From Leptonemataceae bacterium (GTDB lineage Bacteria; Spirochaetota; Leptospiria; Leptospirales; Leptonemataceae), in contig OZ245742.1 of the NCBI GenBank assembly GCA_965227295.1, positions 3,264,001 to 3,328,000 of the forward strand: a stretch of 64,000 nt of DNA, in the 5' to 3' direction. Positions 41,674 to 51,180 of this stretch are shown one piece after another. The notes below the pieces were generated by a model. It saw only the letters and a list, made by a program, of their open reading frames with translations, was not told the DNA's origin and ran no database searches. Both the position numbers and the translations under genes were made by a program. Within the stretch, counting starts at the first letter, position 1. Each line of letters starts with the position of its first letter.

Positions 41674-41826
41674 GATAACTTCGTCAAGTCGCCTGACTTT
41701 TTTGTAGTTTATGGTGCGCTGCTGTTGTGCGACGCAGGAGACATGTAGAGTCCTGTTCTTGCACGATTCTTACAAATCGTACGCATTTGATTGACATTAA
41801 GGATCAGGCGGGCCGAATACCTTTCT

Positions 41827-44800
41827 ATGAGTCTGAGCGGCTTCGAGTATCTCCAGCATCCGTATCTGAACTTCTTTTCTCTGGGAGCCCTGATCCCGGC
41901 CGTCTTTGTGGGGCTGCTTTCGCTCTTCCTGTTCACCATTCACAAAAAATCCAGCGCCACCTTCTGGCTGGCCCTGTCTTTTCTGTGGATGTTCATCTTC
42001 TACTTCCCGTATTTTCCGGCCGCCACGTTCTTCGATCCGTTCATGGCCTACCACCGCTGGTTCACGGTGCCGTTCGTGCTCATGGCCGGCCTGTCGTTTT
42101 CCCAGTTCTTCCTGCACTTTCCCGAGCGCTCGCACCCGCGCTTCGCCACGACGCTGCTCATCGTGGAACTCATCATCAGCGTAATCATTACGGCGTTCTT
42201 CTATATGAAGACGCTCACCGTGGATCGCATCTTTAAGTTCGACGGTCACTACTGGGACTTCGCCGCCGACGATATCTCCCGTACCACGGGCATCGTCATT
42301 CTGCTTTTGGTAGTACTTACCATCGGCCTGGGCGTGTGGCGCGGCATTACGCGCAAAGATGTGCGCTGGTCCGCGCTCGGTATGGCCCTGGCATTCACCG
42401 TGACCACCATCGTGCCGACGTTTACAAACATCCTCAGTCGGGACGGGGCGGTGGCCCGCGGCACGCACCAGGCCGTCATCAACTATTGCGTCATCCTGGG
42501 GTTCTTCGCTCTTGCGATCATCTATATCAACTCCACCCGGGATCGCACCACGTTCATGGCGAAGATCGTGGGGATCTCCCTGGCCGTCTTCCTGCTGGTC
42601 CTGCAGTCCGTGGGCTACCTCGTGCTGAACGATCGGGACTATGCCTACGACGAGGTGCAGCACCGCGAGGCGGAGCTGGTCGTTACGAAACCAAACTATC
42701 ATCCGGAGCATTTGCGCTACGTCGTCGCCTATGATTCCGAAAGCGCCGTCGAGGCCCGTAAACTGGACGCGGTCGGCAAACAGAGCGAGCAGGTCGGCGC
42801 GGGCACCGGGTTCCGCATGGTCTATGCGCGCGAGGGCGAAACGTTCTCCAACAAAGACTTCGAACACCTGCGCACGGAGTTCCGCAACGCGGCTATGCGC
42901 GGCAGAATCGCTAATATCCAGGCGACAGATCTTAATGAATTTCGCGGGAAGCTCGAAACCGTCCTGGCCACGGCACATCCGCAGTTTGCCGGTTACGCGG
43001 CCCTGCTGCGTTCCCTGGCCGAGGTCGAAGCCACGGAGGACACCGGGCTGAGTCCGGCTCGCGACGTCCTCGCCCGCGCCGACGCTCTGCACCGCCGGGT
43101 GCTGTGGACTTCGAACAAGATCCGCGGCATCGACGCCGGTCCGGAATTTGCGGACGCCGCGCGTGAGCGTCTGGCCGGCCTGTCCGGAGAGATGCAACCC
43201 TTCGCCGCGGCCCTGGATGCCGCCCTCACGAATCTCGTCGCCCGCGGCGCGGACGATGCGAGCATCAAGGCGAACCTTCTGGAGTATCTGCGGCCGTTCA
43301 AGCCCCTGGGCTCCCGGCACTTTCGCGGGATGGGGGCCGAGCGCGTTGCCGTCGGTGCCGCGGATGCATCGGGGGAGCGGGATTTCTTCGTCGGTTTTCA
43401 GATCGTCCGCGCCGGCACGGTCTACGAGATCGGCTTCTCGTACCTGGACTATCGGACCTTCGCCCATGAGGCCTCGGTGCGCATCTTCTGGCTGTTGCTC
43501 GGCGTGATTGTGATTGTACTGATCGGCTTTCGCATCTTCTTTCACGGCGCGTTGCTGTCCCCGCTGGACAACCTGCTCAAGGGCGTGCGTCGCGTAAACA
43601 GCGGCGACCTGGACGTGGAGCTGCCCATTAAGGTCGAGGACGAGATCGGTTTCATCTCGCACTCGTTTAACAGCATGGTCTCCTCCATTCGCGCGGCCAA
43701 GGCGCGACTCCAGGACTATGCCGATCACCTCGAAGAAAAAGTAAAGGAACGCACGGCGGAACTTAAGAATACCCTGGAAGAAGTACAACTCCTCAAGAAA
43801 CAACAGGACGGGGACTACTTTCTCACGTCGCTGCTCATCAAACCGCTGAACGCGAATCGTTCGGTCTCCCGGGCCGTGGCCACGGACTTTCTCGTGGAAC
43901 AAAAAAAGAAGTTCGAGTTTCGCGAACGCAAGTCGGAGATCGGCGGCGACATCTGCATGGTCGATCAGATCTCCCTCAAAGATAAAGAGTTCACCGTCTT
44001 CATGAACGCCGACGCCATGGGCAAATCCATGCAGGGTGCCGGCGGAGCGCTGGTTCTGGGTTCGGTCTTCGAATCCATTGTTACGCGGACGCAGTTGTCG
44101 CCGGACGCGCGCAGCATCTATCCGGAGCGCTGGTTGAAGAACGCCTTCGTGGAACTGCACAAAATCTTCGAGTCCTTTGACGGCAGCATGCTCATCTCGC
44201 TGGTCATGGGCCTGGTGGACGAACACACGGGTTTCCTGTACTACATCAACGCCGAGCATCCGTTCACCGTCGTCTATCGAGACGGCCAGGCGGAGTTCAT
44301 CGAACGCGAGCTGTTGTTCCGTAAGCTCGGTACCTGCGGCATGGAGGGCATGGTCCACATCCCCACGTTCCGCCTGAATCCCGGCGACCTGCTCATTGCC
44401 GGCTCCGACGGTCGGGACGACATCGTCCTCGGCGTGGACGAGGTAAGCGGCGAACGCATCATCAACGAAGACGAAGAGAAGTTCCTGACGATCGTGCAGG
44501 AGGCCAACGGCGGACTGGAACGCATGCGAGAACTCTTGTTGTCCGAGGGCCAACTGAGCGACGACCTGTCGCTGTTGTCCGTGCGTTTCCTGGGTTCCAG
44601 GGATCCGGTGCCGGAGGACGACGAGGACACACTTCGCCTGGTGGAAACCGCGCGCGAGGCCTCGCAGATTCCCGCCTGGAAGGACGCGGTGATGTACCTG
44701 CGTCAGGCCCGCCTGCGCAATCCGCGTTCGCCCCTGGTGCTGCGCGAACTGGTCCAGGCCTCGTATCACCTGCACGATTTCAAGAGCGCCGGGGACCTGG

Positions 44801-45102
44801 GCCGCGAGTACCTGGAGCTGGCCCCCTGGGATGTGGAGGCCCTGTTCCTGGCGTCCCTGGCCTACAAACAAAACCGCGACTTCATCAACTCCGCCGATCT
44901 TTCCGAACGCCTGCGTTTGCGCGAACCCTGGAACGTGAAGAACCTGCTGCACCTGGCCGAGGTCTACATGCACGCCGGGAACCTCGATCGGGCCGGGTAC
45001 ATTCTCGGTCAGGCGCTTGAGCGCGAACCCTCCAACGAAACCGCGGCCAAGCTGCGGGAGCGCCTGGAAGCCCGCGGCAAGAAGTTAGCGGAAGTCGGTT
45101 AG
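41827..45102 (+). CDS. Membrane sensor with HAMP, SpoIIE/PP2C phosphatase and C-terminal TPR domains
   Basis: Multiple N-terminal TM helices; HAMP DEIGFISHSFNSMV; IGGD, DAMGKS, GSDG, DDLSL; TPR-like tail. Confidence 0.9.
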   Translation: MSLSGFEYLQHPYLNFFSLGALIPAVFVGLLSLFLFTIHKKSSATFWLALSFLWMFIFYFPYFPAATFFDPFMAYHRWFTVPFVLMAGLSFSQFFLHFPERSHPRFATTLLIVELIISVIITAFFYMKTLTVDRIFKFDGHYWDFAADDISRTTGIVILLLVVLTIGLGVWRGITRKDVRWSALGMALAFTVTTIVPTFTNILSRDGAVARGTHQAVINYCVILGFFALAIIYINSTRDRTTFMAKIVGISLAVFLLVLQSVGYLVLNDRDYAYDEVQHREAELVVTKPNYHPEHLRYVVAYDSESAVEARKLDAVGKQSEQVGAGTGFRMVYAREGETFSNKDFEHLRTEFRNAAMRGRIANIQATDLNEFRGKLETVLATAHPQFAGYAALLRSLAEVEATEDTGLSPARDVLARADALHRRVLWTSNKIRGIDAGPEFADAARERLAGLSGEMQPFAAALDAALTNLVARGADDASIKANLLEYLRPFKPLGSRHFRGMGAERVAVGAADASGERDFFVGFQIVRAGTVYEIGFSYLDYRTFAHEASVRIFWLLLGVIVIVLIGFRIFFHGALLSPLDNLLKGVRRVNSGDLDVELPIKVEDEIGFISHSFNSMVSSIRAAKARLQDYADHLEEKVKERTAELKNTLEEVQLLKKQQDGDYFLTSLLIKPLNANRSVSRAVATDFLVEQKKKFEFRERKSEIGGDICMVDQISLKDKEFTVFMNADAMGKSMQGAGGALVLGSVFESIVTRTQLSPDARSIYPERWLKNAFVELHKIFESFDGSMLISLVMGLVDEHTGFLYYINAEHPFTVVYRDGQAEFIERELLFRKLGTCGMEGMVHIPTFRLNPGDLLIAGSDGRDDIVLGVDEVSGERIINEDEEKFLTIVQEANGGLERMRELLLSEGQLSDDLSLLSVRFLGSRDPVPEDDEDTLRLVETAREASQIPAWKDAVMYLRQARLRNPRSPLVLRELVQASYHLHDFKSAGDLGREYLELAPWDVEALFLASLAYKQNRDFINSADLSERLRLREPWNVKNLLHLAEVYMHAGNLDRAGYILGQALEREPSNETAAKLRERLEARGKKLAEVG

Positions 45103-45222
45103 TGTGATGCGGCGCGGTTGGATCTGCGCTTGCATGAGCCGACGTCTCGACGCTTTCTTCTGTGCCGTCCCTCGTTGATTTCGATTCCTAAATCAGCGGG
45201 CACGGAAGGTGCGTCGACGTAC

Positions 45223-45969
45223 TCATTCCGGGAACAGCAAGTCGCCCTGGGCCTGGATTTCGAAGTCCTCGCCCTCGCGAATCGTCCACGTGTCCTCCGC
45301 GTTTAAGATACGTTTATTGACAGCTAAGCCGTCGGCGGGCAGTCCATGAAAGCGTTTCGCGTACTTCACCGCCGCGTCCAGGGCCGTGCCGCTCCGGCGG
45401 GGCACCACCCGATTCAGAAAGCCCCACTCGTAGAGTTGCGCCGCGGTGAACCATTCGCCGGTCAGCATCATTTCTTTCGTGCGCGTAAGGCCGATCAAGC
45501 GCGTGATGCGCTTCGAACCCATGATCACGCCGATGGAAGCCTTCACCTCCGGCAGGCTGAACAGGGCCTTTTCGCCGGCGAAGCGCAGGTCGCAGCACGC
45601 CGTCATCACCATGCCGCCGCCGATGCAAAAGCCGCCGTCCACCGCGGCGATGATCGGTTTCTCGACGGCCTCCAGTTCGTCGAGGCACTCCTGCATACCG
45701 CGCAGTTCGTTTTCGTAGGTGGCTCGGTCGATGCTGCCGTCTTTCATGGATTCGATGATTCGCAGATCCATGCCGATGGAAAAGTGTTTGCCCGCGGCCC
45801 CGAGGACCACGGCGCGCACGTTTGTTTCGCCGGCCAGTTCGCGGCTCAGGTGACGCAGTTCATGGAGGACCTCGCGGTTCAGCATGTTTTGTGTATCGGG
45901 ACGGTTGAGTTGAACGAGGGCGGTGTGCTCGTCGCGCATTTCCAGGGACCAGTTGGTGGCGTAGGGCAT
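45223..45969 (-). CDS. Enoyl-CoA hydratase/isomerase family protein
   Basis: [34 protein letters not shown]. Confidence 0.88.
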   Translation of the reverse strand: MPYATNWSLEMRDEHTALVQLNRPDTQNMLNREVLHELRHLSRELAGETNVRAVVLGAAGKHFSIGMDLRIIESMKDGSIDRATYENELRGMQECLDELEAVEKPIIAAVDGGFCIGGGMVMTACCDLRFAGEKALFSLPEVKASIGVIMGSKRITRLIGLTRTKEMMLTGEWFTAAQLYEWGFLNRVVPRRSGTALDAAVKYAKRFHGLPADGLAVNKRILNAEDTWTIREGEDFEIQAQGDLLFPE

Positions 45970-46104
45970 GATGAAACGAACCGCATGCGACAGTGCGGGC
46001 AAGGAGAAAACGCCGGGGTATGCAGCGCTTTCGAGACGCCCGCAAGGAAAGGAAAGGCCCGGATAATTCCTTTTCACCCGCACGGTTTTTGGTACGCTGG
46101 CCTC

Positions 46105-46896
46105 GTGCTCGCGACTCGCATCATTCCGTGCCTCGACATCAAAGACGGGCGTGTGGTCAAAGGCGTAAACTTCGTCGACCTGCGCGACGCCGGGGACCCG
46201 GTGGACAACGCGCGTTTTTACGCCGAAGGCGGCGCCGATGAACTGTGCTTCCTGGACATAACGGCGAGTTCGGACAAACGTGAAATCGTGGCGAAGCTCG
46301 TCGAGCGCGTGGCGGACGAGATCTTCATTCCCTTCACCGTGGGCGGGGGCATTCGTACTGTGGACGACGTCAGTCGCATCTTACACGCCGGGGCCGATAA
46401 GGTGTCCATCAACACGGCAGCCTTCGAGAATCCGGAAGTGCTCTCGGACTCGGCGCGGCTCTTCGGTTCGCAGTGCATCGTTTGCGCCATCGACGCGCGG
46501 CGGGTGAAGCCGGGGGAAACCGGGCCGGACGGCAAAGCCCTGGACTTCGAGTTCGAGGTGTATCTCCACGGCGGGCGGACGCCCACCGGCCGCGATGCCG
46601 TGGCCTGGGCCCGGGAGGCGACGGAGCGCGGCGCCGGGGAGATTCTATTGACCAGTATGGACCGGGACGGTACGAACGCGGGCTACGATCTGGAGTTGAC
46701 GCGGGCGGTGCGTGGTGCCGTAACTGTGCCGGTGATTGCCAGCGGCGGGGCCGGGGGGCCGGAGCATTTGATCGAGGCCATCGAGAAATCCGGGGCGGAT
46801 GCCGTGCTCGCCGCATCGATCTTTCACTTTCGGGAATTCTCGATCGCCGGCGTGAAAGAGGCCCTGCGCGAGCGGGGCGTGCCGGTGCGGCTGTAA
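46105..46896 (+). CDS. hisF: Imidazole glycerol phosphate synthase cyclase subunit
   Basis: [44 protein letters not shown]. Confidence 0.96.
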   Translation: MLATRIIPCLDIKDGRVVKGVNFVDLRDAGDPVDNARFYAEGGADELCFLDITASSDKREIVAKLVERVADEIFIPFTVGGGIRTVDDVSRILHAGADKVSINTAAFENPEVLSDSARLFGSQCIVCAIDARRVKPGETGPDGKALDFEFEVYLHGGRTPTGRDAVAWAREATERGAGEILLTSMDRDGTNAGYDLELTRAVRGAVTVPVIASGGAGGPEHLIEAIEKSGADAVLAASIFHFREFSIAGVKEALRERGVPVRL

Positions 46897-46907
46897 TTGT
46901 AAACGTT

Positions 46908-47186
46908 ATGAACTTCTTAACTCAACTCGAACGACTGTTAAACGATCGCCGGGATCGCCTCCCGGAACAAAGCTATACCGCGAACCTCTTTCGCGACGGC
47001 GTCGACCGCATCCTGAAAAAGATCGGTGAGGAGGCCGGCGAGGTCATCATCGCCGCGAAGAACCGGGATCGGGCGGAGCTGGTCCACGAAGCGGCGGATC
47101 TGTTGTTTCACTTACAGGTCTTGCTGGTGAACGAGGATCTTTCGATCGATGACGTCGTCAAAGAATTGGAACAGCGTCATCGTTGA
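46908..47186 (+). CDS. hisE: Phosphoribosyl-ATP diphosphatase
   Basis: [23 protein letters not shown]. Confidence 0.92.
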   Translation: MNFLTQLERLLNDRRDRLPEQSYTANLFRDGVDRILKKIGEEAGEVIIAAKNRDRAELVHEAADLLFHLQVLLVNEDLSIDDVVKELEQRHR

Positions 47187-47223
47187 TTCGTACTCAAGTT
47201 CCTGTGAACCAAAAGGATTATAT

Positions 47224-48168
47224 ATGAAAACTAAGGTCGTAATCATTTCACTTGTGGCAGCCCTCGCGCACTGCGTCAGCGCTTCGAAGTACGAGGAGCT
47301 GGAGAAACAATACCAGGCATCCCAGGAGACCGTCGCCGAGAAAGATCAAGAGATCACCTCGTTGAACGAGTCGCTCGTCACCACGCAAAAAGAACGGGAC
47401 ACGCTCAGCGAAGAAAAGGCCGCGCTGGAGAAACGGCTCCAGGAACTGGAAGCGCAGCTCAAGAAAACCGAGGGCGAACTGGCCGGCGTAAAACAGGAGC
47501 GCTCGAAACTCTCGTCGGAAAATCAATCGTTGTCGACGAAGCTTTCGGACCGGGAAAAACAACTCAAGTCGGAGCTGGACTCGCTTAAGAAAGAAATCGC
47601 CGCGCTGCAATCGAAGCAGGCCGTAAGCCGCGATGCCGGCACGAACCAGAAGGAAGTCGCAGCGGCCGAGGAATCCTACAAAGCCCTGGTCGATTCCCTG
47701 GCAAAAGAATTGAAACAGGGCGACATCAGCATCGCCCGCGTGGAGAATCAGATCCACGTTACCGTGGACGAGCGCGTCTTTTTTGATTCGGGCAGTGCGC
47801 TGTTGCGTGTCGACGCCCGGGACGTCCTGCGGCGCATTGCCGGGGTCCTCGGCAAGCTCGAGAACAAAGTCGTCTTCGTCGAAGGACACACCGACGATCG
47901 GGAGATCGGCCGGAACCTGCGTTCGCGCTATCCGACCAACTGGGAACTGGGCTCGGCCCGCGCCGTGACCGTGGTGCGTTTCCTGGTGGAAGAGGGCAGC
48001 ATGGATCCGTCGCGCCTGGCGGCGGTTTCGCTGTCGCGCTGGCACCCCGTGGCCTCCAACGAAACCGCCGAGGGACGGCAGAAGAACCGGCGCATTGAAA
48101 TTATGATCGTCGAAAAACGCGACGAAGCCGAGGCCGGCCCGTCAGGCGAACCGGCGGCGGGCCAGTAG
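47224..48168 (+). CDS. Coiled-coil lipoprotein with OmpA/MotB peptidoglycan-binding domain
   Basis: Lipobox-like ALAHC-VS; long heptad region; VEGHTD, NWELGSARA, NRRIEI. Confidence 0.85.
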   Translation: MKTKVVIISLVAALAHCVSASKYEELEKQYQASQETVAEKDQEITSLNESLVTTQKERDTLSEEKAALEKRLQELEAQLKKTEGELAGVKQERSKLSSENQSLSTKLSDREKQLKSELDSLKKEIAALQSKQAVSRDAGTNQKEVAAAEESYKALVDSLAKELKQGDISIARVENQIHVTVDERVFFDSGSALLRVDARDVLRRIAGVLGKLENKVVFVEGHTDDREIGRNLRSRYPTNWELGSARAVTVVRFLVEEGSMDPSRLAAVSLSRWHPVASNETAEGRQKNRRIEIMIVEKRDEAEAGPSGEPAAGQ

Positions 48169-48169
48169 A

Positions 48170-48544
48170 ATGTGTAAGTTGCAAAAAAAGTATGTTAGCG
48201 TGTTTGTGCTCGGCTGCCTTTTGAGCAGCAGCGCTGTCTTCAGTGCCTCGGCGGTGGCCTGGAGCGAGGAGGCCTACGGCTTCGCGTTCAATCTGAAGAC
48301 CGTCGAAGAAGCCGAGGCCCTGGCGAAAGAACGCGCGAAAAAGAACGGCGGTGAGAACATCGAGATCCTTGCGTCCTCGGACATCGTCGGCTACGGTGCC
48401 ATCGCCGTGGACGGCAACATCATCGGCGTGACGTTGGGTTATCCGGATCTGCGCACGGCCATGACCCGCGCGAAACAGGAATGCGTGAAAAAAGGCGGCC
48501 GCTTCCCGCGCGTCGTCGCCACCTGGCACGATCGGGGTTACTGA
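48170..48544 (+). CDS. Small secreted protein, DUF4189-like
   Basis: Signal peptide; AVAWS...EAEALA; YGAIAV...A...AKQEC. Confidence 0.55.
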   Translation: MCKLQKKYVSVFVLGCLLSSSAVFSASAVAWSEEAYGFAFNLKTVEEAEALAKERAKKNGGENIEILASSDIVGYGAIAVDGNIIGVTLGYPDLRTAMTRAKQECVKKGGRFPRVVATWHDRGY

Positions 48545-48553
48545 GGGGTGTCT

Positions 48554-48727
48554 ACTCCGAGGACCGAGGTGCCGAGGGAAGAGGTGGAGGGTTGGGGTTG
48601 GGGTTTGGGTTCGTTGGTTTGCTCCGGTTTGGTTTTTCTTAAAGTCAAATAAACCCAACACGCATAACAAACAACCAGTCATCCGATGTCCCCTCCCAGA
48701 ATAACTCGGTCCCTCGATCCTCGGAGT
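48554..48727. repeat. REP/REPIN-like inverted-repeat element, copy 7
   Basis: ACTCCGAGGACCGAGGTGCCGAG (48554-48576) ... CTCGGTCCCTCGATCCTCGGAGT (48705-48727); lies between convergent genes. Confidence 0.85.
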
Positions 48728-48736
48728 CAAACCTCT

Positions 48737-50917
48737 TCAGGGCAGCAAATAATCCGTCCGCCTGCGTTCGCCGGGGTTCGGCTTTTCGTATACTTTCCGC
48801 GCATCGTCCGCGCCGGCTTTTTTCACGGCCGTTTCCAGGTCCTTGCGTTTTTCCGCCGGTAGACATCGAAGCGGTGCCTCCAGCTCTTCCAGATCGTCGC
48901 AGTCGAAGACGAACGGCGCGCCGCCGCCGGTGAACGTGGAGCCGAAGGCCATGGGCCCCGCCGGATCGATCCAGGGACCGGTGCGATCCCCCGCCGCCAC
49001 GGCCAGCCCGCCGGCTTTGCCGTAGTCCAGGTCCATGAGCGTGCGGGCGAAGGACAGGGCGTAACCCTGATCGATGTCGTCGCCCTCCTGGTAGTTTTCG
49101 AAGTCGCGATACGTTTCTTCGACTTTGTCGTTCAGATCGAGTTTGTAGATTTCCCCGTCGACGCTGTTGTAGATCCACTTCGTCTCGCCGGTGATGTAGC
49201 CGCGAAAGTCGTCCAGGCGCCAGACCCACAAAGGTGTGTTCAGTTGATATTTGGGGTCGAACAACGAACGCCCGTGCAGCGGAGAGCGGTAGCGGTAGCC
49301 GAGCATGTCGAAGACCGTGGGAAAGATGTCCAGCACCGTGCCGTACTTTAAGAACGCCGGATCGTTTTCCTGCTCTCGCCGCAGCCGGGAAAACGACGGA
49401 TGTCGGAAGACGATGGGTACTTTGACTTCTTCGTTGTAGATGCTGAACGAGTGCCGGAAAAAACCGCGCTCGCCGAAGCTCTCGCCGTGATCGGACATGA
49501 GAACAAACAGCGTGTTCCGGTCCAGGGCGCGCTTGCGGAACTCGTCCACCACGCGATCGGCGACGTGCAGGCCGTAGTCCACGCCGTTGCGATGCCGGCC
49601 CACGGCGAAACGATTTTCGTGGCGGTTGAATTTCTCGGGATGGGGATTGAAGTACGGATAGTGCGAGTTGGTCATCACCACCGTCAGCGAAAAGGGTTGT
49701 TTGCCGTCGCGGTGGCGATCGGCAATCTCCGCGGCCTCGTGGGCGAGGGCGATGTCGTCCAGGCCGAAATGAAACGACGCGTAGGGTTTGCCGGTGTCGG
49801 GGTTCTCTCGCGACGCGAAGTCCTTTTTTTCGGTGACGAACATGTTCAGCCGGTCGAGCAGGATGTTCTCGTCCTCGAACTCGGTGTGATCGGTATAAAT
49901 GAAGTAGTTCACGTAACCGCGTTTTTCCAGAAGTTTGGGCAGCGTCGGTTCCGCGTCCATGTTCTTGTACTTTTCTTCGAAGTCACGCTTGCTGTGCAGG
50001 CCGGTGAACAGGGAGAAGTGTGAGTTCGAAGAGTGCGGTACCGGAACGAAGGCGTGTTCGACGACCAGGGTTTCCGGTGCCTCCTCCGGGAAGTACTCGC
50101 TGATCTCCAGGTCGACGAAGGCCGAGCGCGCGCTTTCGAGGATGATGAACACCACGTTGGTATTTTCCGGGAGCGTAAAACCGAAGCGCCGCTCGAAGTA
50201 CGCGGCGGGTTCGTGCAACCGCGGCTGGAGTTCGTCGGCCGGCGGAAACGGTCCCGGTCCGTCCGGTAATTCTATGACCGCTGTTTCGTGGGCCCGCGGG
50301 TTGATGCGGCCGGCTTCGCCGGGCAACGCGGCGGCGATGACGGGGCCGGCGAGGGCGGCACAGGCCACTCCGCCAAGGATAACGGGTTTGCCGGCGATAG
50401 CCGCCGCCTCGTCCAGACCGAGAAAACGTTTCACCAGCCAGGAGGACGCGGCGGCGAAAACGAAGAGCACTGCGAAAAAGGTCGTGATCCACCAGGGAAT
50501 CGCCGCCACGGTTACGCCGAATTCACCGGCGAGCATGTGCGGTAGTTCGGCGACGGCGTAGAGGGCCATGGCGGGATCGATGTCGATGCGCATGTAATGG
50601 AACATGGCCGTGCGCGCGAAGTGCCAGAAGACCAGGACGCTCGTGAGGACGGCGGCGGTGTTCCGGAAGATGCGGGCTTGCCCGGCCAGCAGGGCCGCGG
50701 CGCCACCGGCGTAGAGCAGGCCGGCGTATCCGGCCAGGGCCAGGAGCGGGCGCAGACCGTAAATTGCTTCCCCGCCCAGGCGCCGGGAAAGGCGGTTCCA
50801 GAAGGCGTCGGCGTCGCTTAGGTTGAACGCGGCAATCATTAAGACGTCGCCCAGGTAGGCGACGAAAACCAGGATGGTCCAGAAGAGTACGGCGCGGATC
50901 AGCGGATGCTTAACCAT
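48737..50917 (-). CDS. Membrane-anchored sulfatase/LTA-synthase-family protein
   Basis: About 5 N-terminal TM helices; NVVFIILES, PHSSNSHFSLFTG, SHYPY, SDHGESF, DIFPT. Confidence 0.85.
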   Translation of the reverse strand: MVKHPLIRAVLFWTILVFVAYLGDVLMIAAFNLSDADAFWNRLSRRLGGEAIYGLRPLLALAGYAGLLYAGGAAALLAGQARIFRNTAAVLTSVLVFWHFARTAMFHYMRIDIDPAMALYAVAELPHMLAGEFGVTVAAIPWWITTFFAVLFVFAAASSWLVKRFLGLDEAAAIAGKPVILGGVACAALAGPVIAAALPGEAGRINPRAHETAVIELPDGPGPFPPADELQPRLHEPAAYFERRFGFTLPENTNVVFIILESARSAFVDLEISEYFPEEAPETLVVEHAFVPVPHSSNSHFSLFTGLHSKRDFEEKYKNMDAEPTLPKLLEKRGYVNYFIYTDHTEFEDENILLDRLNMFVTEKKDFASRENPDTGKPYASFHFGLDDIALAHEAAEIADRHRDGKQPFSLTVVMTNSHYPYFNPHPEKFNRHENRFAVGRHRNGVDYGLHVADRVVDEFRKRALDRNTLFVLMSDHGESFGERGFFRHSFSIYNEEVKVPIVFRHPSFSRLRREQENDPAFLKYGTVLDIFPTVFDMLGYRYRSPLHGRSLFDPKYQLNTPLWVWRLDDFRGYITGETKWIYNSVDGEIYKLDLNDKVEETYRDFENYQEGDDIDQGYALSFARTLMDLDYGKAGGLAVAAGDRTGPWIDPAGPMAFGSTFTGGGAPFVFDCDDLEELEAPLRCLPAEKRKDLETAVKKAGADDARKVYEKPNPGERRRTDYLLP

Positions 50918-50969
50918 GGGAAACGATGGCGGGCACGCGGGGCCGTGTCGAGTATTAAAACTCTTGAGG

Positions 50970-51100
50970 GGGTAGCGGAGGACCGAAAGTGACCCGGCAG
51001 CGCTGCCCGGAGGGTGGCGCGGTCGCCGCAGGCGAGCCGGGGCACGGTTTCGCGCGTAGCGCGAAATTCGGGCCGGAGCGAGGGGGAGCGCAGCTCCCCC
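50970..51100. repeat. GNA-triloop hairpin cluster, copy 2
   Basis: TCGCC-GCA-GGCGA, TTTCGCGC-GTA-GCGCGAAA, GGGGGAGC-GCA-GCTCCCCC; shares TCGCGCGTAGCGCGA with 33535-33549. Confidence 0.6.
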
Positions 51101-51180
51101 ATCCAAATGAATTTTTTGTCCGCCTGTTCCTTCCTCTGTTTCGCTTTACAGCTTTTTGGATGCGGAAAATCTTTTGTTTC

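Noticed and set aside
39072..41790. Prophage or integrative element
   Set aside because: No integrase, tRNA target, att direct repeats or phage genes
41797..44973. 1058-aa minus-strand ORF (likewise 23283-25313, 5245-6867, 3502-5055, 34275-35819)
   Set aside because: Mirror frames of well-supported + strand genes, expected at high GC3; no recognisable motifs
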